The notes: a model not told the origin generated them from the letters alone. A DNA stretch of 59,672 bases from an uncultured Gemmatimonadaceae bacterium (GCA_964487785.1 CAZASU010000004.1:1623-61294); one strand, 5' to 3'. Counted from the stretch's first letter, positions 18,460 to 31,032 are shown. Made by a program: numbers and translations.

Positions 18460-19616
18460 GCCACGGCCTCGAGACGGGCGCGGAGCCGCGCCGTGAGCGT
18501 CGGCCCCAGGTACAGCTGGGCAACCCGGTCATCATAGACCAGGTCGCGTACAGTGCCGGCGGCCTGCACTTTTCCTTCGAACATGATGTAGGCCCGATCT
18601 ACGATGTCGAGAGTCTGCTCCACATTGTGATCCGTGATCAGCACGCCAATGCCGCGATGTCTGAGGCCGGCGACGATGGTTTGGATGTCGTGCACGGCGA
18701 TCGGATCGACGCCGGCGAACGGTTCGTCCAGTAACATGAACTTCGGGTCGGAAACCAGCGCCCGGGTGATCTCGAGCCGCCGCCGCTCACCGCCGCTCAG
18801 CGTATATGCCCGGCTCTTGCGAAGATGTTTGATCGACAGCTCATCCAGCATGCGGTCCAGCCGGCTGTAGCGCTCGTCGCGGTCGAGGCCGCGGGTCTCC
18901 AGAATGGCTAGAATGTTCTCCTCGACCGTCATCTTGCGGAAGACCGAGGGTTCCTGCGCCAGGTAGCCGATGCCGTTGCGCGCCCGCTGGTACATCGGCG
19001 CGTCGGTGAGGTCGACCCCGTCCAGGCGAACGCGGCCCTGGTCCGGCCGGATGAGGCCTGTAATAAGGTAGAAGGTCGTGGTCTTTCCCGCGCCGTTCGG
19101 GCCGAGCAGCCCGACGATCTCTCCCTGCTCCACCCGAACGCTGACATCGTCCACTACCCGGCGTCCCTTGAAACTCTTGCTCAGATTGAGCCCCTCGAGG
19201 AGGCTGGACTTGGTTCGCTGGGGAATGAAGGATTTGGCCCGCTGCACCGCGCGCCGGGCTGACCCGAGCAAGGCGTCGTAGACCGTCTGCCGCTCTTCCG
19301 GCGCAGGACCCCACCAGGCTACCCGGGGCCTGACGGTCTGCCAGTAACCCGGAGCGGTGTCGAGAATCCAGCCTTCGGTGGCGAGCCGCGGAAGGACGGA
19401 ATCATTGAGGTGGTGCCGCACCTCATCGCCGGATACTTCCTGGTCGGCGTCGCCGGTTGGCTGATAGCAGGCCAGATAGGCCTCGCGATAGCTGTGCACC
19501 AGGTCGGCGAACGCGATGCTGTCGGTCGGGCCGGCAGCGCGGACGATGGCGGCCAATCCTATGGGAACCGACGGGTCCCGATCGCCCAGCGCGGCAACCC
19601 ATTCCGGGGCGGTCAT
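18456..19616 (-). CDS. lptB: LPS export ABC ATPase LptB with about 138-aa N-terminal extension
   Basis: [45 protein letters not shown] and TDHNV motifs; upstream of rpoN. Confidence 0.95.
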   Translation of the reverse strand: MTAPEWVAALGDRDPSVPIGLAAIVRAAGPTDSIAFADLVHSYREAYLACYQPTGDADQEVSGDEVRHHLNDSVLPRLATEGWILDTAPGYWQTVRPRVAWWGPAPEERQTVYDALLGSARRAVQRAKSFIPQRTKSSLLEGLNLSKSFKGRRVVDDVSVRVEQGEIVGLLGPNGAGKTTTFYLITGLIRPDQGRVRLDGVDLTDAPMYQRARNGIGYLAQEPSVFRKMTVEENILAILETRGLDRDERYSRLDRMLDELSIKHLRKSRAYTLSGGERRRLEITRALVSDPKFMLLDEPFAGVDPIAVHDIQTIVAGLRHRGIGVLITDHNVEQTLDIVDRAYIMFEGKVQAAGTVRDLVYDDRVAQLYLGPTLTARLRARLEAVA

Positions 19617-21046
19617 CTTCTGACCGGCCCTCCGGGGGGAGAAGCGGGCTGCGGTTTGGCGGAATCGGGTGCGGTCGGCGCATCCGCGGCCTCCAGCTGG
19701 ATCCCATCGACCTGCCCGCGGACATCCACCCGGTCCACTCCGCCCTTCGGGGCCGGACTCATCGTCATGACGATGACGTCACCCCGGGCGTAGTTGATCG
19801 AGGGGCGATCCGGATGCTTCAGGTTGGGGTCCACGTGGTACGACTGGGCTCCTTTCCGCGCCACGATGCGGCTCAAGGCAGCGCGGCGGATGCCGGCCGA
19901 GTCCCGCTGGACGAAGTTGGCCAGGACGGTGTCGCCGCGCATCCAGTCGCGCTGCTTGCTGATGGAATCGATCGTCCCACCCAGCCATGCCGACCCGAAG
20001 CCTCGGACCTCCTTGAGCTGCTGGGCGGGGGTATCGAGCGCGAGTGAATCAGCGCGCATGGCGTAGGCTGGGGAGGTGGCGTAGGGACGGATCGAGTCCC
20101 CCCAGGCCAGCGTCTGTTCGAGTTTCCTGTTATTGAGGTCGAGTCCGATGGTGTCCGCCACCAGATCCCACTCCTTGCTGACCGCATGGCCGCCGCCTTT
20201 GGCCACCACGTAGGTCAGTTCCCTCTGGTCGAGCTTCAGGTCCAACCGTCGGCCGGTCAGGTTGAAGCTGTCCCGCCCCAGACCTCGCATCACCGGATTG
20301 CCACCGAGGAGGGTACCGTCGCTTCCCTTGCCGGTGTCCAGTCTGAGCGAGTCACCCCGGGCGGCGAAATCGCTGCGATCGATCGTCACCTTTCCGCCGG
20401 CCCAGAGCCGATCGCCGCCCTTCAGTCGCGTCCGGTCCGCCACGATGAGGTAGGGCTCGGCCGGTTTGGCGCCGGTGGGGGTTGTCGCATACTGAATCCG
20501 GGGGCGTCCGGTCGCGAACATCTCCAGGGTGTCGCGCACCCCCTTGACCACCCGGTAGTAGTCGAGGGCCGGGCCGGCCAGGGTGGACCCGGTCTTGAGA
20601 TTCCTGGTGATCACCCTGCCCCGTGCCTCCCACTTCTCGCCGTTTCGGTAGTAGGTCCCATGGTCGGCATCCATGGTGAGGGTGGAGTCGCGGTACTTCA
20701 CGTTGCCGATGAACTGCACCACGTTACCACCGTACGCGGCCACGCTGTCGCTCTGCATCGTGAGCTGCTGCCCGCGGCAGCTGAGCCGGACGTTGCCCCC
20801 GGCGAAGTAGTTGGTACCGGACGGGGTTTCGTTGACGCTACCCTGGCGGTCGACGTTGTCGATCTGAAAGACACAGCGATCGGACTGGCCGTACCCGAGC
20901 TGCGACCACCCCAGCAGAATCAGAACGGCCAGTCCGAGCGGGGCAGCGGGGCAGCGGGGCAGCCTGGCAGCAACAGCATACTGGAGTGCCTGGCCGTATG
21001 GAAACACACTGCCCCGCTGCCCCGCTGCCCCGCTGCCCCGCTTCAC
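19613..21046 (-). CDS. LptA/OstA-like beta-jellyroll periplasmic protein
   Basis: Lies between lptC and lptB; repeated beta-strand patterns (GNV.....M.AD, G.V, ADSL, GDTV); signal-like hydrophobic stretch after a repeat-derived N-terminus. Confidence 0.75.
   Translation of the reverse strand: MKRGSGAAGQRGSVFPYGQALQYAVAARLPRCPAAPLGLAVLILLGWSQLGYGQSDRCVFQIDNVDRQGSVNETPSGTNYFAGGNVRLSCRGQQLTMQSDSVAAYGGNVVQFIGNVKYRDSTLTMDADHGTYYRNGEKWEARGRVITRNLKTGSTLAGPALDYYRVVKGVRDTLEMFATGRPRIQYATTPTGAKPAEPYLIVADRTRLKGGDRLWAGGKVTIDRSDFAARGDSLRLDTGKGSDGTLLGGNPVMRGLGRDSFNLTGRRLDLKLDQRELTYVVAKGGGHAVSKEWDLVADTIGLDLNNRKLEQTLAWGDSIRPYATSPAYAMRADSLALDTPAQQLKEVRGFGSAWLGGTIDSISKQRDWMRGDTVLANFVQRDSAGIRRAALSRIVARKGAQSYHVDPNLKHPDRPSINYARGDVIVMTMSPAPKGGVDRVDVRGQVDGIQLEAADAPTAPDSAKPQPASPPGGPVRR
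20936..21042. repeat. Palindromic octamer-repeat element, copy B
   Basis: gagcgggg-cagcgggg-cagcgggg-cagcctgg-cagc (20936-20971); 37-nt core starting aacagcatac (20972-21008); (ctgccccg)x4 (21009-21040). Confidence 0.88.
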
Positions 21047-21693
21047 CGTTGCCCCGGCAGCAGGAGGCCTTCGCCCGATACGCCTCGCGGGCGGTCCGTC
21101 ACCACATTCTTGAAATCGGGATCGGAGCGGAAGCTGTTCCCCTCCAGGTGCTCCTCACCCCTGTCGAACGAGAATTGCTTGTCGGTCATGATCTGGTTCG
21201 TGGCGTTGTCGTAGCGTAGCGATTCGCTCGAGAGCCGGCGTCCGTCGGGTGATACCACCAGCACGTTCCCCGTGGCCTCCATCGAACCGTCCTGCCACCG
21301 GTATGTGCCCCGTTGCGCCGTCAAGGTGGATCCCTCCGCGCCCTTGATGTCGAAAAACACCACCTTGACCTTATGCAGCTCGGTGATCTGGGTCGGCTCG
21401 TAGTAGAATGCCGTATCGGCTTCGACCCGGCTACGCCGGACTCCGTCATTGGTCACGTAGTGGGAGAAGCCCTCGAGCACCTGGTCGGCGCTATCGGTAG
21501 CCTGGACCGTGGTCGTCGGCCGGACGCCGGTGTCCTCGCAGGCCAGCGCCGCCGCTGCGGAAAGCACGATCACTAGGCGGCGCAGTCGGGCAGCGGGGCA
21601 GCGGGGCAGCAGGGCAGCTTGTTCCCTTGCATAAAGACTCTCCGGTGTGCTGTTCCGGCCCCGCGGCCCCGCGGCCCCGCCGCCATGCCTCAT
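21043..21693 (-). CDS. lptC: LPS export protein LptC
   Basis: Position after kdsD and before the lptA-like gene and lptB. Hydrophobic anchor ending ALAC, then ADTA, GNV.V....G..L.SE.L.Y and I.TD..F motifs. Confidence 0.85.
   Translation of the reverse strand: MRHGGGAAGPRGRNSTPESLYAREQAALLPRCPAARLRRLVIVLSAAAALACEDTGVRPTTTVQATDSADQVLEGFSHYVTNDGVRRSRVEADTAFYYEPTQITELHKVKVVFFDIKGAEGSTLTAQRGTYRWQDGSMEATGNVLVVSPDGRRLSSESLRYDNATNQIMTDKQFSFDRGEEHLEGNSFRSDPDFKNVVTDRPRGVSGEGLLLPGQR
21583..21687. repeat. Palindromic octamer-repeat element, copy C (core inverted relative to A and B)
   Basis: cagtcggg-cagcgggg-cagcgggg-cagcaggg-cagc (21583-21618); 37-nt core ending gtgtgctgtt (reverse complement aacagcacac); (cggccccg)x3-ccgccatg (21656-21687). 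Confidence 0.88.
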
Positions 21694-22655
21694 ACTGCCC
21701 CCGCCCGCATCAGATCGTGAAGATGGACCACACCTACAATGGCACCCTGCTCATCCACCACCGGAAGCACGATGATCTTGTGTTGCTGCATCGCTCCCAC
21801 CGCGGCGGCGGCCAGATCACCGGGCGCCGCAGTCTTGGCCGATCGGGTCATGACCTCGGACACCCGACGCTCGAGGAAGCGTGGATCACGCTCGGCCAGG
21901 CGGGTGAGATCCCCCGTGGTGAGCACCCCGGACAGATGCCCGTTCTCAACGACCATCGCGAGGCCCCGGTCGTGCGCCAGACTGACGACCGCATCGCGCA
22001 TGGTGGCATCGGGCCGGAGCACCCGGCCTGCCGGCAACATCACGTCCTGAACCCGGAGGAGAAGTCGCCGGCCGAGACTCCCGCCAGGGTGGCGCTCCGC
22101 GAACTGCTCCCGGGTGAATCCCCGTTCCTCCAGGAGCGCGACCGCGATGGCGTCTCCCAGCGCCAATGCCACGGTGGTGCTCGCCGTCGGAGCGAGGTCG
22201 TGGGGACACGCCTCCTCCTCCACCGTGCCGTCCAGCGCCACGGCAGCCACCCGGGCCAGCACCGAGTCCATCGCTCCGGTGATTGCGATGATCGGCACGT
22301 GGAGCCGCTGCAACGATCCCACCAGCCCGAACAGATCCTGCGACTCCCCGCTCTTGCTCAACACGATGGCGACGTCGTCGGGTCCCACTATGCCCAGATC
22401 GCCATGCAGCGAATCCACGGGATGGAGGTAGGAAGCCGGGGTGCCGGTCGAGGTCAGCGTGGACGCGAGCTTCCGCGCGATGAGTCCGGACTTTCCGACG
22501 CCCGACACAATGACTCTACCCTTCGCCTCGGCCAGCAAGCGCACCGCGCGGGCGAACTCGCCGCCCAGCCGGCGCCCGGTCTCCGAGACCGCCGCGGCCT
22601 CCAGCTGGAGCACTCGTCGCCCCGCCTCGATCAGCGCCGAGTCGTCAAGCCGCAC
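21690..22655 (-). CDS. kdsD: Arabinose-5-phosphate isomerase (KpsF/GutQ family)
   Basis: GVGKSG, HGDLG, SKSGES, EACP..LAPTAST and HPGG.LG motifs followed by a CBS pair. Confidence 0.93.
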   Translation of the reverse strand: MRLDDSALIEAGRRVLQLEAAAVSETGRRLGGEFARAVRLLAEAKGRVIVSGVGKSGLIARKLASTLTSTGTPASYLHPVDSLHGDLGIVGPDDVAIVLSKSGESQDLFGLVGSLQRLHVPIIAITGAMDSVLARVAAVALDGTVEEEACPHDLAPTASTTVALALGDAIAVALLEERGFTREQFAERHPGGSLGRRLLLRVQDVMLPAGRVLRPDATMRDAVVSLAHDRGLAMVVENGHLSGVLTTGDLTRLAERDPRFLERRVSEVMTRSAKTAAPGDLAAAAVGAMQQHKIIVLPVVDEQGAIVGVVHLHDLMRAGAV

Positions 22656-23205
22656 CGGCAGTCTGCTCCGTAAAATAGCGGGCCAGCGTTTCGGCCCAGT
22701 CACCGCGGGCGCGGAGGAGAGCCTCGACCACTTCCCGCACCGCGCCATGACCGCCGGCGGCCAGAGTGACGTGTGCCGCTACCGCCTTGATCTCCGGCAC
22801 CGCATTGGCCACGGCGATCGGCAGCCCGACCTTCCGCAGCACCGGCAGGTCGGCGAGATCGTCGCCGACGAAGGCCGCCTCCTCCCACCCGATGCCGCGA
22901 CGCTGAAGCACGTCGGCAAAGGCCGCGACCTTCCGGGGACCGGGGACCTGCAGCAGCTCCTCGACTCGAAGCTCCGCCGCCCGGAGCGCCGTTGCCTCGG
23001 AGCTCCTCCCGCTGAGCCAGACAACCGGAAGTCCGGCGGTCCGGAGGAGTATCAGGCCGAGTCCGTCCTGAATGTCGAAGCGCTTGAGCTCCACGCGCTG
23101 ACCCGCTACCGGCCCGATAAACACCCCGTTGTCGGTCAACACCCCATCCACGTCGAGGCCGACCAGCCGGACCCGGCGAGCGGCAGCGGCACTGAGCGTT
23201 TTCAT
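22645..23205 (-). CDS. kdsC: KDO-8-phosphate phosphatase
   Basis: HAD motif DVDGVLTD, FDIQDG, GDDLADL and GGHGAVRE. Confidence 0.92.
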   Translation of the reverse strand: MKTLSAAAARRVRLVGLDVDGVLTDNGVFIGPVAGQRVELKRFDIQDGLGLILLRTAGLPVVWLSGRSSEATALRAAELRVEELLQVPGPRKVAAFADVLQRRGIGWEEAAFVGDDLADLPVLRKVGLPIAVANAVPEIKAVAAHVTLAAGGHGAVREVVEALLRARGDWAETLARYFTEQTAGAA

Positions 23206-24001
23206 ACCCGAGCTCGTCCCCAGACGTCGAGCGTCTGCCCAACCAGGTCGGCCAGCTGATCGAGCGGCCACTGGGTGGCGGCGTCGCTCAGGGCCCGAGC
23301 CGGATCGGGATGAGTCTCCAGAAAGAATCCGTCGGCTCCGGCTGCCGCCGCCGCCGCGAGCAGCGGCCGGATGAACTCCCGCTGCCCCCCGCTGGCTCCA
23401 CCTTCCCCCTGCCCCGGCTGCTGCACCGCGTGGGTGGCGTCGAAGATGACCGGAGCGCCGGTGGCCTGGCGCAGGCGGACGAAGTTGCGCATGTCCACCA
23501 CGAGATCACCGTAACCGAAGAAGGTTCCCCGCTCGGTGATCGCGACCTCGGACGCGCCGGCGCTCCGCACCTTCTCGACCGCGCCCCGCATGCCTTCGGC
23601 GTGCATCCACTGTCCTTTCTTGATATTGACCGGCTTCCCGGTGCGTCCGGCCGCTACCAGGAGGTCCGTCTGACGGCAGAGAAACGCGGGAATCTGGAGC
23701 ACGTCGGCCACCTGGGCGACGGCCGCGGCCTGCGGTGCCTCGTGAATATCGGTGAGCACGGGGAGTCCGCTGGAGGCTCTGGCCCGCTCGAGCGCACGGA
23801 GGCCATCGTCCAAACCGGGCCCGCGATTGGCGGTGAGCCGCGAGCGGTTCGCCTTGTCGAAGCTGGCCTTGAGGCACACCGGAATTCCGAGGTCGCGCTC
23901 GATTCGAGCCAGCACCTCGGCCACCTTGGCCAGCACGTCGCCAGGCTCGATGACACAGGGCCCGGCGATGAGAAACGGGGTGCGCCCGAAGGACCAGCCC
24001 A

Positions 24002-24002
<1 letters not shown>
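23202..24002 (-). CDS. kdsA: KDO-8-phosphate synthase
   Basis: AGPCVIE, KASFDKANRS, QIPAFLCRQTDL, NIKKGQ and FDATHAVQ motifs. Confidence 0.95.
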
Positions 24003-26415
<2,413 letters not shown>

Positions 26416-26420
26416 CACGG

Positions 26421-26449
26421 AAGCTAATAAAGCCGGGGTCCCGAGTCAA
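26421..26449 (-). promoter_or_regulatory. sigma70-type promoter for the kdsB operon, probably leaderless
   Basis: On the minus strand TTGACT (26449-26444), 17 nt, TAGCTT (26426-26421), then only 5 nt before ATG 26415. Confidence 0.6.
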
Positions 26450-26472
26450 AAGTTGTGCCGTGCGACTCGGGA
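26439..26472. repeat. Intergenic inverted repeat overlapping the kdsB -35 box
   Basis: TCCCGAGTC (26439-26447) / GACTCGGGA (26464-26472), extendable with flanking CCGG. Confidence 0.5.
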
Positions 26473-26518
26473 GTCCGGACCTGGGAGCTAGAAGATTGTG
26501 CGTTAAAGAGTTAGACAG

Positions 26519-27124
26519 TTAGCGCGACGCGGACAGGAGGCTGATCCCGGCCAGGGAGAGAAAGTTCGAGAGGAGGCGCTTGCCCTGCAGGGTGGCAACC
26601 GATTCGGGGTGAAATTGAACCCCATAGACCGGAAAGGTTCGGTGACAGAGGGCCATGATCTCCTGACCGGGCGGACGATCACTCGACCAGGCCACGATCT
26701 CGAGCTCGGCCGGGAGCTGCTTGGGCGAAACCACGAGCGAGTGATACCGCATGACCTCCACTGGCGAAGGAATGCCCTCGAAGAGTGGGTGCCCGGTATG
26801 GGCCACCATGGTGGTCTTGCCGTGCATGAGTCGGTCGGCTCTCACAACTCTGCCGCCGAATGCTTCGCCGATGGCCTGGTGTCCGAGGCAGACGCCGAGT
26901 ATGGGCACTACGCCCGCGGCGGCCCGGACCAGCGGGACCGAGATGCCGGCCTCACGAGGGGTGCAGGGTCCGGGAGAGATGACGATGGCTGCTGGCCGCA
27001 ACGCGAGGGCCGCCTCCGGTGTTAACGCGTCGTTGCGGTACACGACTGGATCGGCACCCAGCTCACCCGCGTATTGAACGAGGTTGTAGGTGAAGCTGTC
27101 GTAGTTGTCGAGGACCAGGAGCAT
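26519..27124 (-). CDS. Anthranilate/aminodeoxychorismate synthase component II (TrpG/PabA glutamine amidotransferase)
   Basis: [29 protein letters not shown] and QFHPES motifs. Confidence 0.93.
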   Translation of the reverse strand: MLLVLDNYDSFTYNLVQYAGELGADPVVYRNDALTPEAALALRPAAIVISPGPCTPREAGISVPLVRAAAGVVPILGVCLGHQAIGEAFGGRVVRADRLMHGKTTMVAHTGHPLFEGIPSPVEVMRYHSLVVSPKQLPAELEIVAWSSDRPPGQEIMALCHRTFPVYGVQFHPESVATLQGKRLLSNFLSLAGISLLSASR

Positions 27125-27133
27125 GACTCGAAC

Positions 27134-27829
27134 CTACCGAGAGCGCGCCGAGTCCACCATCTGCCTGGCCACCCGCCGGGCGGAATCGCCGCGGCGCCGT
27201 CCTTCGCTTCGAAGCGAGTCAATCATGCGATCTCGCACGGCGTTGACTGAGTCGGTGCTGAGCTCAGTGGCGGCCATGATCGAATCCACCTGGGCTTGAG
27301 CCACAGGCGGCGTGGAATCGTGGCCGAAATCGATATTCTGGAGATTGTCGACCACGCTCCGGGGCAGAAAGAGCGGAACCGTGACATCCCCGGGATGGAA
27401 GACCGCGTGGCCGTACTCTACCAAGGCGACATTGGCGGAATCGTCCTTGGCGCACCAGAAGCTGCCTTCCGTAAACGGACCTCGATGGACGTTGATGCTT
27501 GGCCGACCGGGCACATTGCTGTCCAGGTTGGCAGCGAGACGGCAGCCCTCCAGGCCCCGAGCCAGGACGGAGTCGCTGAGCTTTACTTCCAGCTCCACGC
27601 TGGTCACCCGGCTAGGGGTCTCCCGCCGCAAGGTTACCCTCTCCAGCGAGCCCAGTTTGTCGCCGTCGAGCTTGAATGGAATAAAGACCAGTGGGATGCT
27701 GATCGGACCGCTACCCTCGACCACGCCTCGCACTGTGCCGATGCCTCGACGCACCAGGGTGAGGCCAACCATGCCGACGATGAAAATGGCCAGGGCGCCG
27801 AGGGCGATCCGCCCCCAATAGCTTCGCAT
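27134..27829 (-). CDS. Hypothetical membrane-anchored protein
   Basis: ATG with upstream GGAG, one N-terminal TM helix; fills the gap between neighbouring genes. Confidence 0.65.
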   Translation of the reverse strand: MRSYWGRIALGALAIFIVGMVGLTLVRRGIGTVRGVVEGSGPISIPLVFIPFKLDGDKLGSLERVTLRRETPSRVTSVELEVKLSDSVLARGLEGCRLAANLDSNVPGRPSINVHRGPFTEGSFWCAKDDSANVALVEYGHAVFHPGDVTVPLFLPRSVVDNLQNIDFGHDSTPPVAQAQVDSIMAATELSTDSVNAVRDRMIDSLRSEGRRRGDSARRVARQMVDSARSR

Positions 27830-27916
27830 AGACTCCGCCCTCCGGTGGTGCGGGTGATATGTTTCGCCCTACGTGACGGCCTCGAAATACGGAAAGTTTC
27901 AGCGGCAACCCTGGGG

Positions 27917-28660
27917 ATGCCAGTGATCGAAGTCGAGGGACTGCAGAAGCTGTATGGTGACTTCCCGGCCGTCCAGGGGCTCTCCTTTCAAGTTGGCCCT
28001 GGGGAGGTCCTTGGGCTGGTCGGCCCGAACGGCGCGGGCAAGACCACCACCATCCGGAGCATTGCCGGAATCATCATTCCCAGCGCCGGGAAAATCCGGA
28101 TTGCCGGGCATGACCTGGCTCAGGATCCGGTTCGCGCCAAGGCGGCGCTGGCCTTCATTCCGGACGAGCCCCACCTCTTCGAGTACCTCACGGTCGAGGA
28201 GCATCTGCGATTCGTCGGCCGGCTGTACGGAGTGACCGACGTCAACGACCGGATTCCCGGACTGCTCGATGAGATGGATCTGGCCGAGAAACGAGGCTCG
28301 CTGCCCGGTGAGCTGTCGCGGGGAATGAAACAGAAGCTGGCCATAGCCTGTGGGCTGCTCCACGAGCCCAAGGCTCTCCTCCTGGACGAGCCGCTCACCG
28401 GCCTCGACCCGGTGGGCATCCGCCGTATGAAGGCGACGATCATGCGCCGCGCCGCCGCCGGATCGGCAATCATGCTGAGCTCTCATCTGCTTCACCTGGT
28501 CGAGGAGATCTGTACCCGGCTCCTCGTCCTGCAGCGGGGACGCGTCGTGGCATTCGGTACCACGGCGGAGATCATCGCACGGCGTCCGGACCTGGGCACG
28601 CGAAGCCTGGAGGACGTGTTTCTCGACCTGATCGGTCAGGACGAGGGCGCCGAACGGTGA
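27917..28660 (+). CDS. ABC transporter ATP-binding protein
   Basis: [27 protein letters not shown] and SSH motifs. Confidence 0.93.
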   Translation: MPVIEVEGLQKLYGDFPAVQGLSFQVGPGEVLGLVGPNGAGKTTTIRSIAGIIIPSAGKIRIAGHDLAQDPVRAKAALAFIPDEPHLFEYLTVEEHLRFVGRLYGVTDVNDRIPGLLDEMDLAEKRGSLPGELSRGMKQKLAIACGLLHEPKALLLDEPLTGLDPVGIRRMKATIMRRAAAGSAIMLSSHLLHLVEEICTRLLVLQRGRVVAFGTTAEIIARRPDLGTRSLEDVFLDLIGQDEGAER

Positions 28661-30375
28661 TCCGCATGTTCGGCTACCTGGCGTGGCGCTCGGCACACAA
28701 CCGGGTGGCCCGTCAGGTGCGCCACCTGCGAAGCCCCAGGTATGTGGCGGCGCTCCTGCTGGGGCTGACCTATCTCTGGTTCGTGGTCATTGCCCAGCGC
28801 CCGGCGCCGGCCGCCGGGGGGCTGGCCGACCCACGCTGGCTCGAGCTGGTCGGTGCTCTCGCACTGCTCGGCGCGGTGGCCTGGGGCTGGATCTTCGGAG
28901 TGGAGCGGCGGGTGCTCGCTTTCAGTCCGGCCGAGGTCACCTTTCTGTTCTCGGGACCGGTTTCCCGCCGGGGGCTGATCCAGTTCAAGCTGCTTCGCAG
29001 CCAGCTCCTCATCCTCTTCAACGCCCTCCTGTGGACCCTGATCCTGTCGCGCGAGCGCTTCGGGGTGTCGCCCTGGCTTCGGGTCATCTCCATCTGGGTG
29101 CTCCTCACCACCCTTTCGTTCCACCGGTTGGGCGCATCCTTCGTTCGGACCAGTCTGGCCGAGCATGGGCGGCTGGGTCTTCGGCATCGAGTCGTCTCGT
29201 TGGCGGTGTTGGGCATCGTGCTGATTGCTCTGACGTGGAGCATCGGGGACGCGCTGCCTCGCCTGGCCGGCGCCGACGCGCGGACCCCGCTTGGATTCCT
29301 GTCAGCGCTGGGAGAGGCGGCCGCCCAGCCGCTCCCGACTGCCCTGATTTATCCGTTCCGGCTGATGATCCGGCCGCTTACCGCGCACAGCGTTACTGCC
29401 TGGCTCCACGCCTTGTGGCCGGCGCTAGTCCTGCTGGCCCTCCACTACGTCTGGGTAGTGCGGTCCGATACCGCCTTCGAGGAAGCGGCGGCCGCGGTAT
29501 CCCTGCAGCGGGCGCAGGCGCTCTCCGAGCGACGGGCGGGACGCCCTGCACCGCGAGCGGGAGGCAGGGTCGCTCCTCCCTTGTTTCGACTGGCGCCGCG
29601 TGGCTGGCCTGCCGGGGCGATTCTCTGGAAGAACCTGGTGGCTGTCACCCGGACCCAGCGGGTGAGAAATGTCACGCTCGCCCTGGTGGCTGGAGCGGTC
29701 ATCGTGACTGCCCTGTCGTTCGATCCGGAGGGAACGCTGGCGGGAATCGGCGGATGGTTCGCGGTCACCTGGGCCGGCGCCATGACGGTCATCGGCCCCC
29801 AGTGGGTGCGCAACGATCTCCGGGGGGATCTGTTGAAGCTGGATATGCTCCGCAGCTATCCGCTACGTGGCTGGTCGGTCGTGATCGCCGAGGTCGGAGC
29901 GTCGACGCTGGTGTTGACCGTGATCCAGCTATCCCTGCTCGTGATCGGCTACCTGGCGTTCCTCGGCAACCAATCGATGGTGCCGGGGCTGGAAGAGCGC
30001 ACTTTGCTCCTGTTCGCCGCCTTTGCGTTTCTCCCCGGTATCAACCTGATGGGCATGATTATCCAGAACGGCGCCGCCCTGCTCTACCCGGGCTGGGTTC
30101 GTCTGGGGTCGGGCCGGCCGGCGGGCGTGGAGGCGCTGGGTCAGAACATGTTGATGATGGTGGTGTTCGTCGCGTTACTCGCAGTCACGCTGCTGTTGCC
30201 GGTGACTATTGGTGGGGGGGCTTTTCTGCTGCTGCATCGCGCCCTCAACGCCTGGGCGGCTCTTCCTGCCACGGTCCTCGTGCTCGGGATCATGGCATTC
30301 GAAGCCGCCCTGCTCGTCGAGTGGCTCGGCCGCCTTTTTGAGCGCACCGATCCAGCGGCGGCGGGGATCGGTTAG
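28657..30375 (+). CDS. Putative ABC exporter permease
   Basis: Many TM helices, F.PAEV.FLFSGPVSRR motif, GTGA overlap with the ATPase gene. Confidence 0.8.
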   Translation: MIRMFGYLAWRSAHNRVARQVRHLRSPRYVAALLLGLTYLWFVVIAQRPAPAAGGLADPRWLELVGALALLGAVAWGWIFGVERRVLAFSPAEVTFLFSGPVSRRGLIQFKLLRSQLLILFNALLWTLILSRERFGVSPWLRVISIWVLLTTLSFHRLGASFVRTSLAEHGRLGLRHRVVSLAVLGIVLIALTWSIGDALPRLAGADARTPLGFLSALGEAAAQPLPTALIYPFRLMIRPLTAHSVTAWLHALWPALVLLALHYVWVVRSDTAFEEAAAAVSLQRAQALSERRAGRPAPRAGGRVAPPLFRLAPRGWPAGAILWKNLVAVTRTQRVRNVTLALVAGAVIVTALSFDPEGTLAGIGGWFAVTWAGAMTVIGPQWVRNDLRGDLLKLDMLRSYPLRGWSVVIAEVGASTLVLTVIQLSLLVIGYLAFLGNQSMVPGLEERTLLLFAAFAFLPGINLMGMIIQNGAALLYPGWVRLGSGRPAGVEALGQNMLMMVVFVALLAVTLLLPVTIGGGAFLLLHRALNAWAALPATVLVLGIMAFEAALLVEWLGRLFERTDPAAAGIG

Positions 30376-30400
30376 CTGTGAGCTGGTAGCCAATAGCTCG
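30373..30400. repeat. Degenerate 7-mer tandem repeat at the permease stop
   Basis: tagctgt-gagctgg-tagccaa-tagctcg, beginning on the TAG stop codon. Confidence 0.4.
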
Positions 30401-30407
30401 TTCCCAA

Positions 30408-30890
30408 TCAGCTCGGGCCGGTGCCGCCCATGGGGCGCGCGTCGGGCAGCAAACGGCGAACCTCCCGGTCGAGCGCGGACAAAGACTCGTTCAGATTCCG
30501 CTTCGCCTCGTCCCAGTTGCGCTCCGAGGTAGAACCCAGACGATCCAGATCGCGACTCACCCCTCTTCGCGCCGCGCGCAGGTTCACGATGGCCTTGTCA
30601 CGGGCCTGGTCGAGGCCCCGCTTGGTGTCGGTCTCGATCCCGGCGATCTGCTCGTCGAGCTTCTTCAGTTGCAGGTCGAGATCTCGGCGGAACTCATTCC
30701 GCTGCGCGTAGCCGTATTCGCGGGCATCCCGGGCCTCCTCCCGAATCTCATCGGCCCCTTCCCGAGTTCCCTCGCGCGCGTCCTCGGCGACTGAATCGAC
30801 CTTGCTTGCCGTCTCCTGACGATCGCGGGGAGTGCAAGCAAATGCAGTTGCCATCAGCACCGCCGCAGCGGCGCAGGTGATCTGCCTCAT
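30408..30890 (-). CDS. Putative lipoprotein with charged helical / coiled-coil body
   Basis: SD GGAGG, signal peptide ending AFAC (lipobox-like), D/E/R-rich helices. Confidence 0.7.
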   Translation of the reverse strand: MRQITCAAAAVLMATAFACTPRDRQETASKVDSVAEDAREGTREGADEIREEARDAREYGYAQRNEFRRDLDLQLKKLDEQIAGIETDTKRGLDQARDKAIVNLRAARRGVSRDLDRLGSTSERNWDEAKRNLNESLSALDREVRRLLPDARPMGGTGPS

Positions 30891-31032
30891 GTTCGTTCCT
30901 CCTGGTCATCCGTTGGTATGCGTTGGAGTACGGACCAGAATAATCATGGAGGGGCGTTACAGAAGTGAGCTAGCTCACCCGAAGGAGGTCTAGCGCGAGC
31001 ATTGGGGCCTACTAAAGGTGCCTGCGCAGGCG

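Noticed and set aside
2776-21687. CRISPR array interpretation of the repeats with 37-nt spacers
   Set aside because: The copies are dispersed single units with inverted tandem-octamer arms, the cores are homologous to each other, and no cas genes are present.
26502-26525. gttaaaga-gttagaca-gttagcgc octamer run at the trpG stop
   Set aside because: Only three degenerate units and no inverted partner found; could be chance.
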